In this document: positions 14,314 through 26,941 of the stretch, piece after piece
Numbering within the stretch: position 1 is the stretch's first letter
Layout: every line of letters starts with the position of its first letter
Origin: Octopus sinensis
Lineage: Eukaryota
Direction: 5' to 3'
Assembly: GCF_006345805.1 (NCBI RefSeq)
Contig: NC_043013.1
Span: 20,584,001 to 20,648,000, forward strand
Length of the DNA: 64,000 bases
Translations under genes and position numbers: made by a program
Notes under the pieces: model-generated
The model's database searches: none
Seen by the model: only the letters and a program-made list of their open reading frames with translations
What the model was told of the DNA's origin: nothing

Positions 14314-15256
14314 TGTGTGTTGGTGTGTGTGCGTGTATATACATATATACAGACAGACAGGATAGGCAGGTAGAGAGACCGATATGCATACACAAGTGTG
14401 TGGATGTGTGCTTATGTGTGTGTGTGTGTGACTCTGTGTGTGTGTCTGTGTGTTTAACTGTATCTAAATGCTCCACATGAAATATGATACTGAATTAGCC
14501 TGGGCTTCCAAAGACCACAAACCTTTAATATTTTCAGTTTTAAAGAGAGAAGTAATAAATATTTGATTATAATCGATGATAATTTATTGCAAGTGACCTT
14601 CTCATATTCTTTCATTCAAATTCCACAAAAATAGGTGATCCGTGGCCATATATAAAGTGTTTCGAAAGAAATAGACAAAAGACGACAGTAGAGTTGAACG
14701 CACAAAATACAGAGAAAGCAACCTAATATAAATCGCGGAGCCATCTGAACTGCTACTAAATCCAGGTACCCCACGTGTACATCGGTAACTAATTATCTCT
14801 AAAATGCCGCCTTATTCATAAAGCAACTGGTAAGTATATCACCACTTCATTGTTCAGTCGAAAATTTCTGTGTAAAAATTATACAATTGCTTTCTTTCTC
14901 TTTTTATATCTGGAAGATGTGGCCGGAAACGCATTTCCTGGTATTTGAGGACAAGATATGAATGACCTTTATGAGTCTACTATTTACATCTGTTTTGCTT
15001 AAGTACTGGTAACATCTCTATAATGTTGCCATTGAAAATATTTCTGAAGTCTAAATATTGCAAGTATTTTAAAAACCTATTTATACATAATGTATTGTGA
15101 ATGACCTGACCATACAAAACCAGTGTGACGCGAATATACTACGCCATTATGTACAGAAGACCATTATAGACGTTATGAAGACACCAGTCCATTATATATC
15201 ACCCACGCTCGACAAATAATCAAATGAAAGAATTCTAATATTTGAAAGAACATTAG

Positions 15257-15368
15257 GACGGCGAGCAGGTAGAAACGTTAGCACGCCGAGCAAAAGGACT
15301 AGCAGGATTTCGTCCGCCTTTACGTTCTGAGTTCAAATGCCGCCGGGGTCGACTTTGTTTTTCATTGT
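15257..15368 (+). mobile_element. SINE family A, 5' half
   Basis: Homologous to the 24431 copy (gagttcaaat B-box). Confidence 0.75.
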
Positions 15369-15399
15369 TTGAGAGAATGTTTCTTTCGCATAATATCAT

Positions 15400-15811
15400 A
15401 CTCTTTTACTCTTTTACTTGTTTCACTCATTTGACTGTGGCCATGCTGGAGCACCGCCTTTAGTCGATCAAATCGACCCCGGGACTAATTCTTTGTAAGC
15501 CCAGTACTTATTCTATCGGTCTCTTTTGCCGAACCGCTAGGTGACGGGGACGTAAACACACCAGCATCGGTTGTCAAGCAATGCTAGGGGGACAAACACA
15601 GGCACACAAACCCACACACACACACATATATATATATATACATATATACGACAGGTTTCTTTCAGTTTCCGTCTACCAAATCCACGCACAAGGCATTGGT
15701 TGGCCCGGGACTATAGCAGAAGACACTTGCCCAAGATGCCACGCAGTGGGACTGAACCCGGAATCATGTGGTTGGTTAGCAAGCTACTTACCACACAGCC
15801 ACTCCTGCGCC
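15400..15811 (-). mobile_element. tRNA-derived SINE, family B, full length
   Basis: Minus strand ggcgcaggagtggctgtgtggtaag...gggttcagtccc head, internal TA/TG microsatellite, (AGTAAAAG)n tail. Confidence 0.9.
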
Positions 15812-16065
15812 TACTAACATGTCGAAAATAAAATGTAACACATGTGGGTCAATGGTGAGAATTGAGACGAATAAGCTAAGGACTAATGGAATGAATGAAG
15901 AAGAGAAGAACATTCTGAGTTGTTCGTTAAATTCATTCAGCGGGGTGACATAGTTTCCAGAGCGGTGAGCAGAATACCATGCGGCACGTATTCCAGCTGC
16001 CAGAGCTCTGAGTACAAATGACGCCGATGTTAAACTAATCTCAATATTAGCTCAATATATATATT

Positions 16066-16443
16066 TTTTAACTGATTTCAATCATTTGACTACATCCATG
16101 CTGGAGCACCGCTTTCAAGGGTGTCTTAGTCGAATAAGCCAGCATTCATGACTTATTCTTTGTAAGCCTAGTACATATCCTAGCCGTCTATTTTGTCAAA
16201 CCGCTAAGTTACGGGGATGTAAACACACCAGCATCGGTTGTCAAACGATGGTGGGGGAGAAACACAGAAACAAAGACACAGATACAAACACACACACACA
16301 CACACACATGACGAGATTTTTCAGTTTCCGCCTACGAAATCCACTCACAAGGCTTAGGTCGGCTCGAAGCTATAGTAGAAGACACTTACCCAAGATGTCA
16401 CGCAGTACGACTGAATCCAGCTTCTTACTACACATCCACGCCT
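16066..16443 (-). mobile_element. SINE family B, diverged
   Basis: Homologous to 15400-15811. Confidence 0.8.
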
Positions 16444-16844
16444 ATATTACCTGTATGCATCTGGTGTGTGCTGTTAGGTGTACGACTACTACTGTATCAG
16501 TTAGAGATTAACGTAGATTATCATTACCCATTCAGCTTCCAGTATTGTGGTTTGTCTAAAACTTTAGTTTGTAGAGTCATGATGTTCAGAGCATATATAG
16601 GGAAAACATTAAGATGAATTAAGAAGAATAAATTATTAGCTCCTATGTACGCTTCGACATTGCATTCTCTTTCAAAGACCTAATATCTTTGAAACAGGAC
16701 GCAATAAAGCGTTTGCCTGCTGATCCATTGCGCTTAGCCATCCAAATGCACTTGAAATATCCAATGATGATTGCCAAATAACTTCAACCGTAGTAGATAC
16801 ATCAGAATTAATAATTCATACTTCAGTTTATGATAATTTTCCTC

Positions 16845-16878
<34 letters not shown>

Positions 16879-16882
16879 CTAT

Positions 16883-17284
16883 CTCTTTACTCTTTACTCT
16901 TTTACTTTTTTCAGTCATTTGACTGCGGCCATGCTGGAGCACCGCCTTTAATCGAGCGACTCGACCCCGGGACTTATTCTTTTTGTAAGCCCAGTACTTA
17001 TTCTATCGGTCTCTTTTGCGGAACCGCTAAGTAACGGGGACATGAACACTAGAGCATCGGTTGTCAAGCAATGCTAGGGGGACAAACACAGACACACAAA
17101 CAAACATACATATATATATATACGACAGGCTTCTTTCAGTTTCCGTCTACCAAATCCACTCACATGGTATTGGTCGGCCCGGGGCTATAGCAGAAGACAC
17201 TTGCCCAAGATTCCACGCAGTGGGACTGAACCCAGAACCATGTGGTTGTTAGCAAGCTACTTACCACACAGCCACTCCTGCGCC
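16883..17284 (-). mobile_element. SINE family B, full length
   Basis: Close homologue of 15400-15811 and 49842-50252. Confidence 0.9.
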
Positions 17285-17311
17285 AATATATATATATATA
17301 TATATATAATA

Positions 17312-17353
<42 letters not shown>

Positions 17354-17378
17354 TATATATTATATATATATATTATAT

Positions 17379-17417
<39 letters not shown>

Positions 17418-17948
17418 CATACATACACACCCACACACGACACCAAGATGGAGCACATTGAAGCGTCAGTAATGGAAAGAAAACTTGTAGGTATTCTCAT
17501 ATTTATTTATTTATTTATTTATTTATTCATTTATTTATTTCATCAATTTCGTTCCGTCGGTTTATAGAAACGCTACACTGCGTTTCGTAAGTTTTATGAT
17601 ATTTGCGATAACTTGACTCGAATCACTAGAAATGGTAAAAAAACTCGCCCTGCCAATAAGTCACGAAAGTGTACAAAATTGTAGTACCTAATGTCCAAAT
17701 CAATATTAATCGAATATTGATAATAGTTATATTTATATCTACTGGTATAGATGGCTCTGCTCGTTTGTACATGCGAATATATAAATTCACACAAGTAACA
17801 CAAACACACACACATACACATCTACATTATATATATATGTATATATGTATGTAGATTTGTATGTATGTATATATATATATGTGTGTGTGTGTGTGTCTGT
17901 GTGTGTGTGTGTCTGTGTGTGTGTGTGTGTCTGTGTGTGTGTGTGTGT

Positions 17949-17980
<32 letters not shown>

Positions 17981-18014
17981 ATTATTTTATTTTACTATTT
18001 TTAAAATTATTTTA

Positions 18015-18170
18015 CTTATCTACATCATTTGACTGCGGCCATGCTTTAAAGGGTTTTAGCCGAAGTTATTGGCCTCAGGACTTATTTCTCCTTTACCGAA
18101 CCTTTAAGTTACCAAAAGCGGTTCTCAAGTGATGGTGGAGGTACAAACATAGACATAAAGACATACGTAA
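18015..18170 (-). mobile_element. SINE family B, 3' fragment
   Basis: catttgactgcggccatgct...accgaacc-taagttac. Confidence 0.6.
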
Positions 18171-18187
18171 ATACGCATATATATATA

Positions 18188-18229
<42 letters not shown>

Positions 18230-18365
18230 CAAAGATGAGGGTATATTTCACAGGTGATCTAAAGGATTAGGTATTCTAGGTAAGTGCTGTAATGGATTAC
18301 TAGGGCTGCAAGCTTATAGCCGAGACGGTTGTTATGGAGGCATTGCAGATTTCTGATGCAGCAGA

Positions 18366-18501
18366 TATATAATTGTTAGACAGGACAACAACATTAAAGC
18401 AAGCCAAACATCTCGAGTCATCATCAAGTTTTCCTATAATATTATTGTGTATGACTTGAGATGTTTACCTTACCTTAATGTTTGCTGTCCGGTTTAACAA
18501 T

Positions 18502-18506
<5 letters not shown>
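18366..18506. repeat. Imperfect inverted repeat (MITE or foldback)
   Basis: Arms 18369-18421 and 18451-18504 are reverse complements, with a 29-nt spacer. Confidence 0.75.
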
Positions 18507-18538
<32 letters not shown>

Positions 18539-18540
18539 AT

Positions 18541-18613
<73 letters not shown>

Positions 18614-18689
18614 CATATATATAAGTGGGATGACCACTAAGTGGACATCTATTATGCTAGAAGTAGACCCCTATGGTCTTACCTCTAAT

Positions 18690-19460
18690 AATTCAGAGAC
18701 GATACAACCTGCAGCCAACGAATTAGTAAAGAGACTCTCCTTATTACAAGATACAAACCCCTTTTGAACGCATCTACAACAAACAACATATCCATCACGG
18801 CCTTAGAATGACACACACGCATATATTAAAAATGATACATTCAAGAGATACCCAAGAATTCATTAAAAACAGTCCCTTTCACTACTATAATACACAACAA
18901 GTCACTTTCAGGGCACTTGACCATTTAACATCCTACTACTATCATACCATCCCGCATTCCCTTATCATTCTCTCTTCTTCTCTTTCTCCTTGTTCTTCTC
19001 CGTCTTCTTCCTCTCCGCCACCTCCTTCTTTACTATACTACTACTGCTGTTTAGAATAACACCTACGCAAATATAATAAAAGAGATATCCCAAGAATTCA
19101 ATCACTACTACCATGCACAACGAATTACTTTCAGGGCACTTGACGATTTAACATCCTACTACTCTCATAGCACTCCCGCATTATTATTCTCCTTCTCCTC
19201 CTCCTCCTCATCATTCTTTTTCTTCTCCATCTTCTCTGCCAAGAACTCACAACGACCTCCAACCCACAAGAGTAAACAAGAGAGACAGAGACAGGCAGAA
19301 GCAAGGAAACTGCCCCTTGTAAATATGCAAATATTCTTTTAAAAATACTTAATTTTTCCAAAATCGATGCTTACAGTTAAAGAAGTCTCAATGAATGAAA
19401 CCGGTACTGAAATGTTTTTTATAAAATTATTTTAGCATTTCCTACCTTGACATTTTTCCA
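18690..19460 (+). mobile_element. Penelope-like element 3' end (GIY-YIG C-terminus plus pLTR with degenerate HHR at 19374-19409)
   Basis: 18719-18769 reads [17 protein letters not shown] (R..KE...I....P.LN motif). Internal duplication 18845-18975 / 19081-19192. GAAAC-CG-GTA-CTG motif shared with 4072-4108. Confidence 0.6.
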
Positions 19461-20403
19461 TATATATATATACAAATATGACGGACCTTCTTGCAATACG
19501 GCTATGCTACACACACTCACACACATATGTATGTATGTGTGTGTGTGTGTGTGTAATAGAGACCGAACATCAGTGTGCTTCGTAAATCGGTTGATTGTCA
19601 GAAAAAATGCGTTTCAGCATCTATACCCGTCGCTCATTGTTCTGAGTTCCAATTCCACTGGGTCACTTAGCTGTCCTCTCTCGATAAAGTTCAAATCATG
19701 TACTTAACGTAATTGACAGAACCCATCTCTTTAAAAATGTTTAGCAGATTAAGAATACAATATTTCATTTATTTCTACACAACAGAATGTTCAAAGATCT
19801 GAAATTGATTTCGTCACGGTTCCCTAATTGTTATGACAAAAGTGTCAAAAGATACCATGAGCAACTTTTCAAACAAAACCATTTATTATACCAAGGTAGG
19901 AGGTTATTATTGCTTGTGTCGTCTTTCGCTCCCACCCTCCATGTTATTTTGTCAAAATGCAGCGACTGAAATGAAAGAATCTCTCCAGCCATGCCAGACA
20001 CCAGAAAAGTGTAACAAATATCCAACAACCATATTTAATCTTCCGAACTATTCGCATCCCAGCGGCATTGGAAAGAAAATGCAAGATCGATGAAATGGAA
20101 AATTAAACATTATTGGAACCGTGTTCTTTCATTCGATACCATAACATATGATATGAAGAATTTTTGGCGTCCATGGTAAAATGAAAGTGAGAAACGTCTT
20201 GAAATAATGGTAAAAAATCTAATACTGAATTAAAGGGATAATGTTCGATAAGACTATATTATCTTGAACTTCATCCATAATTAATTAAGATTAAATCCTT
20301 TTTATCATTGGTCTGATAGTTGAAGATAATGTATAAATATTTTTGAGGGTTCATCAAGACTCATTTCAGCTATTCAGACTACTATATATATATTATATAG
20401 AAG

Positions 20404-20502
20404 GAGCTTCTACAGGACTAGAACTGTTCATTCAAAAGAAATCATCAGGAAGCTTCCTGATGATTTCTTTTGAATGAAACAGTTCTAGTCCTGTAGAAGC
20501 TC
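20404..20502. mobile_element. Loop-less palindrome of two divergent hammerheads (PLE/retrozyme-like)
   Basis: Centre GGAAG|CTTCC at 20452/20453. Arms are identical except for one deleted base. Same family as 6486-6625 and flanked by (TA)n. Confidence 0.8.
20451..20501 (+). ncRNA. Type I hammerhead ribozyme, intact
   Basis: AGCUUC/GAAGCU stem I (6 bp), CUGAUGA, UUC-UUUU-GAA stem II (U.U at base), GAAA, ACAG/CUGU stem III. GUA cleavage triplet, cut predicted after 20495. Confidence 0.8.
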
Positions 20503-20718
20503 TGAATACATCAGAGCCCGGAAATTGCTAGGAAACACAAAGCAGGTTATAAAAATCTTCCTAGCCACGTGTCACCATTGCAAGAAACTATTACTAGCTC
20601 CAACATTTATACAGTTTACAATAAATTTTATATACATATATATATATATATATAATGTATATATATATATATAATGTATATATATACATACATACAAATA
20701 TATATAATATTATATATG

Positions 20719-20775
<57 letters not shown>

Positions 20776-21021
20776 ATTATATATATATATATATTAACTG
20801 GTGTTTAGTGAGTCCAAAGGATTGCTATAAACGGCAAAATTTAGTTTAATTTGAACTTCAAAATTAAATGTTGAGAAAGAGTTTAGTGTACCTAGTCATT
20901 TAATTAGCATTAGTGGACTACCCCCTAATCAGTATTAGATTATATTCCACTAATTCTAATTAACTTTTGCCATTCATACAACTTAACTCATCTTGTAATA
21001 TTATTACAATGGAGAAAATAT

Positions 21022-21184
21022 TACCGAATATTCCGGCATACAAACCGATATCACTAACTAGTGTAAACATAAGGCATAAACATTCAAACATGACCGCTAT
21101 CTTCTCACTTCATGGTACAATTCACATGGAATTGTTGCAGTAAATTTTGGTCGAGAAATTTGACTTGTATACCGGAAAATACGT
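21022..21184. mobile_element. Tc1/pogo-type MITE
   Basis: TA-ccgaatattccggcatacaa ... ttgtataccggaaaatacg imperfect TIRs of the CCGTATTTTCCGG type. Confidence 0.5.
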
Positions 21185-22051
21185 CACTGGAGTTAATGAT
21201 ATTGCAATATTTATAACATATGAGGATATGAATCCCTATAAACAGGACCAAAGGTTTTTAAATTATTAAGCCAATGGACTGAGCCAAATATATCACTCAC
21301 TATACACAAACACACACGCGCGCACGCACAGACACACACACACACACACATTCTTGGACAACTTGAAGAAAGAAAACACAGAAGTTCCATTTTATTGCCT
21401 TGGTTTAAAAAATGTGAGGAAGAGAATTCAGTGACGTCGTTACTGTCCTGGATTCTTTCTTTTTTTTTCCATTTTTATCCGAACACATCTTGTATCTATT
21501 ATTAGAAGCATAAGCCGTAAACAGAAATATATTGTCTTCAATGTAGCGACACACCTATTACAATTCTTACCTTTACTCTCACTTTTCTGACAACAAATCT
21601 ATTCCCAAATGTATACAGTGTTGCAAAAAATCGATATTTAAATATAATTCAGTAGGAAACAGCAAAGATAAACAAGAATGAAACAAAGTAATACTTTAAT
21701 ATAGTTTGATATTGATCAATCAAGTATAAGATTGGAAATCACTTAGGAGATGGACAACATATATCTATAACAGTTTATCACGGTTTTCAATGTTTGAGAC
21801 TATTTTTTTTATTACAAAATTTTGAATGAAAATATAGATGCCACGTGAATAACAGACTTTTATGTCGTCGATTGACCGAATAAAATGGTAACCAAATCTC
21901 TTTCAAATTACACCCAGTGTGGTAAGAATTTTCCCTCCTAAGGACTTGATTCTGACTTAGCTGTGTGACGCCGTTTGCAAGTGTCATCTGCTGCAGCCTC
22001 GGGCCGATCAAAGCTTTGTGAATGGATTTGGTAGAGGGAAGCTTCAAAAAT

Positions 22052-22451
22052 GAGTGACTGTGTGGTAAGTAGCTTGTTTACCAACCACATGGTTCCAGGT
22101 TCAGTCCCATTGCGTGGCACCTTGGGCAAGTGTCTTCTACTATAGCCTCGGGCTGACCAAAGCCTTTTGAGTGGATTTGGTAGAAGGAAACTGAAAAAAG
22201 CCCGTCGTATATATGTATATATATGTATGTATGTGTATATGTTTGTGTGTCTGTGTTTGTCTCCCCAACATCACTTGACAACCGATGCTGGTGTGTTTAC
22301 GTCCCCGTAACTAAGTCGTTCGGTAAAAAGACCGATAGAATAAGTACTAGGCTTACAAAGAATAAGTCCCGGTGTCGATTTTCCCGACTAAAGGCGGTGC
22401 TCCAGCATGGCCGCAGTCAAATGACTGAAACAAGTAAAAGAGTAAAAGAGT
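22052..22451 (+). mobile_element. SINE family B, with degenerate partial copies at ~21930-22045 and ~22530-22700
   Basis: Head, internal microsatellite and agtaaaag tail are present. Confidence 0.9.
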
Positions 22452-22476
22452 ATATAGATGTGTGTGTGTGTGTGTG

Positions 22477-22511
<35 letters not shown>

Positions 22512-23064
22512 TGTGTGTGTGTGTGTTTATCCCGACCAGCAATTGACCACCGATAAAGCGGAGCAAGTTTGTATAATTCGCAGTACCGTAACTTAGCGTT
22601 TCAGCAAAAGAACCGATAGAATATGTAGTGGGCTTTAAAACATAAAGGAGTACTGGAGTAGATACTGCCGCAATGCAGTAACTAAGACAAGTAAAATATA
22701 AAAAATAAATAATACTTTCTGAACAAAAATAGGACACATGAATGTAGAGCTTAAATATTTCATATCTCATGCCAATCCTGACGCACACGCAAACAGCAAC
22801 AGCGGATGTATGTAGTATACAACATAGGTCAAGAACATAACTGCAAAGCATTAATATGCTAAACTGATATGTCATAAGCCGGAGGAGCTGAACTTTAACT
22901 TGATAAAATACAACCGGAAGCGAAAACCTATAGATAAATAAATTAACTCATTTGTTGAATGGGTTTCGTTCTGTGAGATTCCAGAACATACATTACCAAC
23001 AATTTACCAATTCAAATTGCCACAATCTACTTATATACACACACACATAGATGCATAATCAAAT

Positions 23065-23195
23065 AAAAGAAACACAAAGAAAACGACAAATATAAACAAA
23101 AGTTTGGACGTGGCAAAAGCAATGTATTAATAAGAGACTCAGAGAAGGAAAAGAGTAGAAGCTTTACGTTTCGAGCATAGCTCTTGTTAGATTAG
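23065..23195 (-). mobile_element. PLE pLTR fragment with degenerate minimal HHR at 23161-23191
   Basis: Minus strand CTAACAA-GAGC-TAT-GCTC-GAAAC-GTA-AAG. Same architecture as 38700-38737. Confidence 0.55.
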
Positions 23196-23869
23196 TAAAT
23201 AAAGATACAGTAAAACTGTTAAAAATAAACAAATGTATCTGAAGATTTTCCAATAATTTACTCCTATTCATATCGACATCCGAAATAATGAATTGATGTC
23301 ATGTTTAAAGTAATTTGATTTTGCAAAAGTCACAATCTTTTAATCTAAAGAACTGTCTAGACCAGGTTTTATAACTAAAGAAAATATTGCAGGTGTGACC
23401 GAGTTATAATGGAGTTAACATATCCGTTGGTGGATGTCTGTGTATGTAGCGTTTTTGTGAAGCTGTACATCTCCATGGTGTAAAACACCGATGAAATACA
23501 TTTTCTTCTTCTCTATGCAGCAGCATTTAACTGTCAGAGACCTTTGCACCATAGGTGCTGTTAAAATACCTCGTTGATGTAGCCACACAAATGGTTTCTA
23601 TATTTATCCTATCCTCTTTCAAATGAAATCAAGTTTGATCATGGCAGCGGAAGAAGGGTTTTCTTAAATATAATTAAAAGACTTCAACGACGCTTCGCTA
23701 TCGCGTGGGAATTTAATCCAGAGACACAGGCAAGAACATGATCCCGGATATTGTAGTATATTGTTTACAGACTCGCTGTAACAGAAATTGCTTTAGCTTT
23801 TCCTCTTTTGTTTTACTTATTTTTTCTAATTTTTATTGTTCACCATTTATTTGCATCTTTTTTTTATCT

Positions 23870-24175
23870 ATAGACGCTACAACATTCACACAACAGTCAT
23901 CCGCAAGTGTTTGCAGTCTTTTCTCACGCAATCGTAACCTGGCTATCCATCTCATCGAGATGTACTTTGATGGCATCCTAATACCAAAGTTTCAGTCGCC
24001 CTCTTCAACGGATTCCGCATCTCAGCACATTGCAGAGCGCAGTCTTGGTGTTACTTGCATCCACCTTACTGATCATGTGTCCCACCTACCATTGCTGCTA
24101 TTCTACCAGGGAAGACTCAACACTAGGCATATTTTCACGCTGCAAATCCTTCTGACTGGACATGTAGTCTCACCA
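23870..24175 (-). mobile_element. Probable RTE LINE 3' remnant
   Basis: Decayed coding-like sequence resembling the RTE C-terminus (GR.KLWY*DAIK-like); no intact motif. Confidence 0.35.
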
Positions 24176-24430
24176 AAAAAAAAAAAAAAATGTTGATTAT
24201 AGACCTTAACTTTCACAAATGGTATCTCAAAAGAGTTTTGGACGACGCACTGCGTATATCTCAGCAGAAAACAGGAGAAAGAATAGTACTACTGCTCGGT
24301 AAACTGTGTACTTTCTTGACCCCTATGATAACCAGCACTTTTTGAGTGAGCCTAAGCTTGTAACCACGTGTTTGCGATGATGAACGTACTCACACAGCGT
24401 CTGTGTTGGACACGATGACTGGTTATACAA

Positions 24431-24661
24431 GGCGGCGAGCTGGCAGAAACGTTAGCACGCCGGGCGAAATGCGTAGCCGTATTTCGTCTGTCGTTACGTT
24501 CCGAGTTCAAATTCCGCCGAGGTCGACTTTGCCTTTCATCCTTTCGGGGTCGATAAATTAAGTACCCGTTACGCACTGGAGTCGATGTAATCGACTTAAT
24601 CTCTTTGTCTGTCCTTGTTTGTCCCCTCTGTGTTCAGCCTCTTGTAGGTAGTAAAGAAATA
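24431..24661 (+). mobile_element. SINE family A, full length
   Basis: tRNA-like head ggcggcgagctggcagaa...gagttcaaattccgccga. Central gcctttcatcctttcggggtcgataaattaagtacc resembles the Meta-domain. Confidence 0.9.
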
Positions 24662-26130
24662 TAAATAAGGATATAAGGACTCCAAGGTCTCAGTTCATGA
24701 TCGCTGACTGGATATGAATGCAAAATTTCATAAATTGAATTGAAACTGATAAGGTGAGAATCGGGTCCAAATTATGGTCAAAGAATCAATCGATGGTTAC
24801 CGAATCATCATCTTTCAAATCTAATTTGGTATTGAAAATTGAATAGCAGTAATCATGATGCAATGAGGAATTTTCGCCATGAAGTGCTAAAATATATATT
24901 ACATTACCTGAAAAAATAGTGTTTTGTTGTTTTCTCGGTTAAATGTTTCAGATATGCCTATTGCTTGTCAAAATATTTAGTGTACGACAACGATCCAATT
25001 GTCAATGTTTGATCTACAATGACTGTATGGTACTGTCTGGTGAGGTCGTTACAAAAGAGAAATAATCGGTTTGCCGAATCTCAGTTGCTATTTAATTTAA
25101 TATGCCATTGCTTCCAGAAACTATCATCTGTATATAGACAGTTAGCTGTATATAGGCAATCATTAGAGTATAGGAAATCCAAGATAAGAAATAATATAAA
25201 TCTCTAAACAGCATATTGTGGTTCGCAGACTTTGAAAAAAATCTCTATGAAGAAGGATTCTATATTCTTATTCAATATTGCTGTGGCCATCAATGTTGTT
25301 TTTTCTTTGTTTGTTTGTTTCAGTTTGTTTTGTTTGGCAAACGCAATGTGGCTAGGACGACATTATTCAATATATGCTTCATTTATTTTGTAATTGGAAA
25401 CGAATGAGTCAGCTTAGGAACATCAATATGAAACATTTCCATAAAAAAAGAATTAGCAGGAGCGGAGGTCAGAATAGATGTTTGATCTGTGGAAGTGATA
25501 ATATGAAATAGCCATATAAGGTCACTAAATGCATTGCATTATTAGGTTCTGGCTTAGGAGAATAGAAAGGATTTTCACTTTTGAGACATATGTGGTATGT
25601 CAGAAAAGAAGAAAGTTCAAGAGAAAACGAGAGAGTAGAAGTATATGGAAAGAAATGAAGGAACAGAATCCACGAAGTGAATCAATTTAGCACCAACTTG
25701 AAAATGAAACGAATGTGAAAGGAAATTGTAATTTTCCGTGTTAGAGAACGGAAGGGAAGATAAGTTAAGAGGTTTTTATGGTGTGTCAGTCTGTACGGAT
25801 GATTTAATCCTATGTGTGTGTTGTTTGTTTTGGAATTATGCATGCGTTTAATTTTTCGATGTGATGTACACTAATAGGTTATTAATGTTGTTCCGTTTTA
25901 TATATGCATTATGTGTATATGGTGTGTTGTTTACCGCATGCACGTATTTGCATCTGAAAACTGAATGTATGTGTTACTTTCGAGTGCGTGCGTGTATTCG
26001 TGTTGTTTATGTGTGTGTGCGTGCGCGAAAGTGAATGCACTATGCCTGTAATGTAGTATAGAACATATCTACACATTTCGTTTTTGGATTTGGTTTGCAA
26101 GATTCTTTATATGAGTTCGTGTTTTGAAGC

Positions 26131-26394
26131 ATATTCTGTTGTCTAGGGACCGTCATTTTCTTTTTGTGCCTTATTATGTAACACACTCACCGGTAAAATT
26201 TCCACGTTTTTCTTATTTTTATTTTCCTAAAATTTTCGTTGCGTCTTGCAAAAAAAAAACAATTAAAAATGTTGCAAGACGCAACGAAAATGTTAGGACA
26301 ATAAAAATAAGAAAAACGTGGAAATTTTACCTGTGAGTCTGTTACATAATAAGGCGCAAAAAGAAAATGACGCTCCCAAGACACAACAGAATAT
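26131..26394. repeat. 264-bp foldback element with ~120-bp arms
   Basis: atattctgttgtctaggga...tcttgcaa / ttgcaaga...cccaagacacaacagaatat with an A-rich spacer. Confidence 0.9.
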
Positions 26395-26721
26395 TTACAG
26401 ATGTTTTCTATATTACTGCTAACTCTATATGTTACACGCATACACACAAATACACACATACACAGAGTATGTCAGTGAACAGAAAAATGAATGAACAACT
26501 GTATATATCTGGCGTTTCGTTAGCAACTGTGCACCTTCCTTAACTACCCCATGCAAAAGCACTAATATCATATTAGTGGTTAAAGTAAGCTAAATATGTT
26601 AATACATTATAACAACAAAACGAACCTGTTATCACTCAAGTAACTTAATATTTCAGCTATCTGCCAAAGAAATGTTAAATATTCAAATTAGTCTATCCTG
26701 TTTATTTTAGCCACTAATATC

Positions 26722-26941
26722 GGTTACAAATTTTGGCTCAATGCCAGCAACTTCGGGGTTGGGCTAATTTCATTCCATCGATCACAGCAATCAACTGTTT
26801 CTTATTTTATCGAGCCCGAAAGAACGAAAGGGCAAGTCGACATCGGTGGAATTTGAACTCAGGACGTAAAAGCGAATGAAATGCCGCTAAGCATCTTGCC
26901 CAGCGCGTTAACAATGCTACCAACTTGCTGCCCGACTTGAA
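26722..26941 (-). mobile_element. SINE family A with 11-bp TSD
   Basis: Homologous to family A. ccactaatatc is duplicated at 26711-26721 and 26942-26952. Confidence 0.8.

Noticed and set aside
17565-17632. Minus-strand GAAACGC..GCGUU hammerhead-like motif
   Set aside because: Core reads CUAGUGA and stem I does not pair; too degenerate to call.
24431-24520. tRNA gene
   Set aside because: The A/B boxes are SINE heads, repeated many times with a SINE body and tail; no clean cloverleaf.
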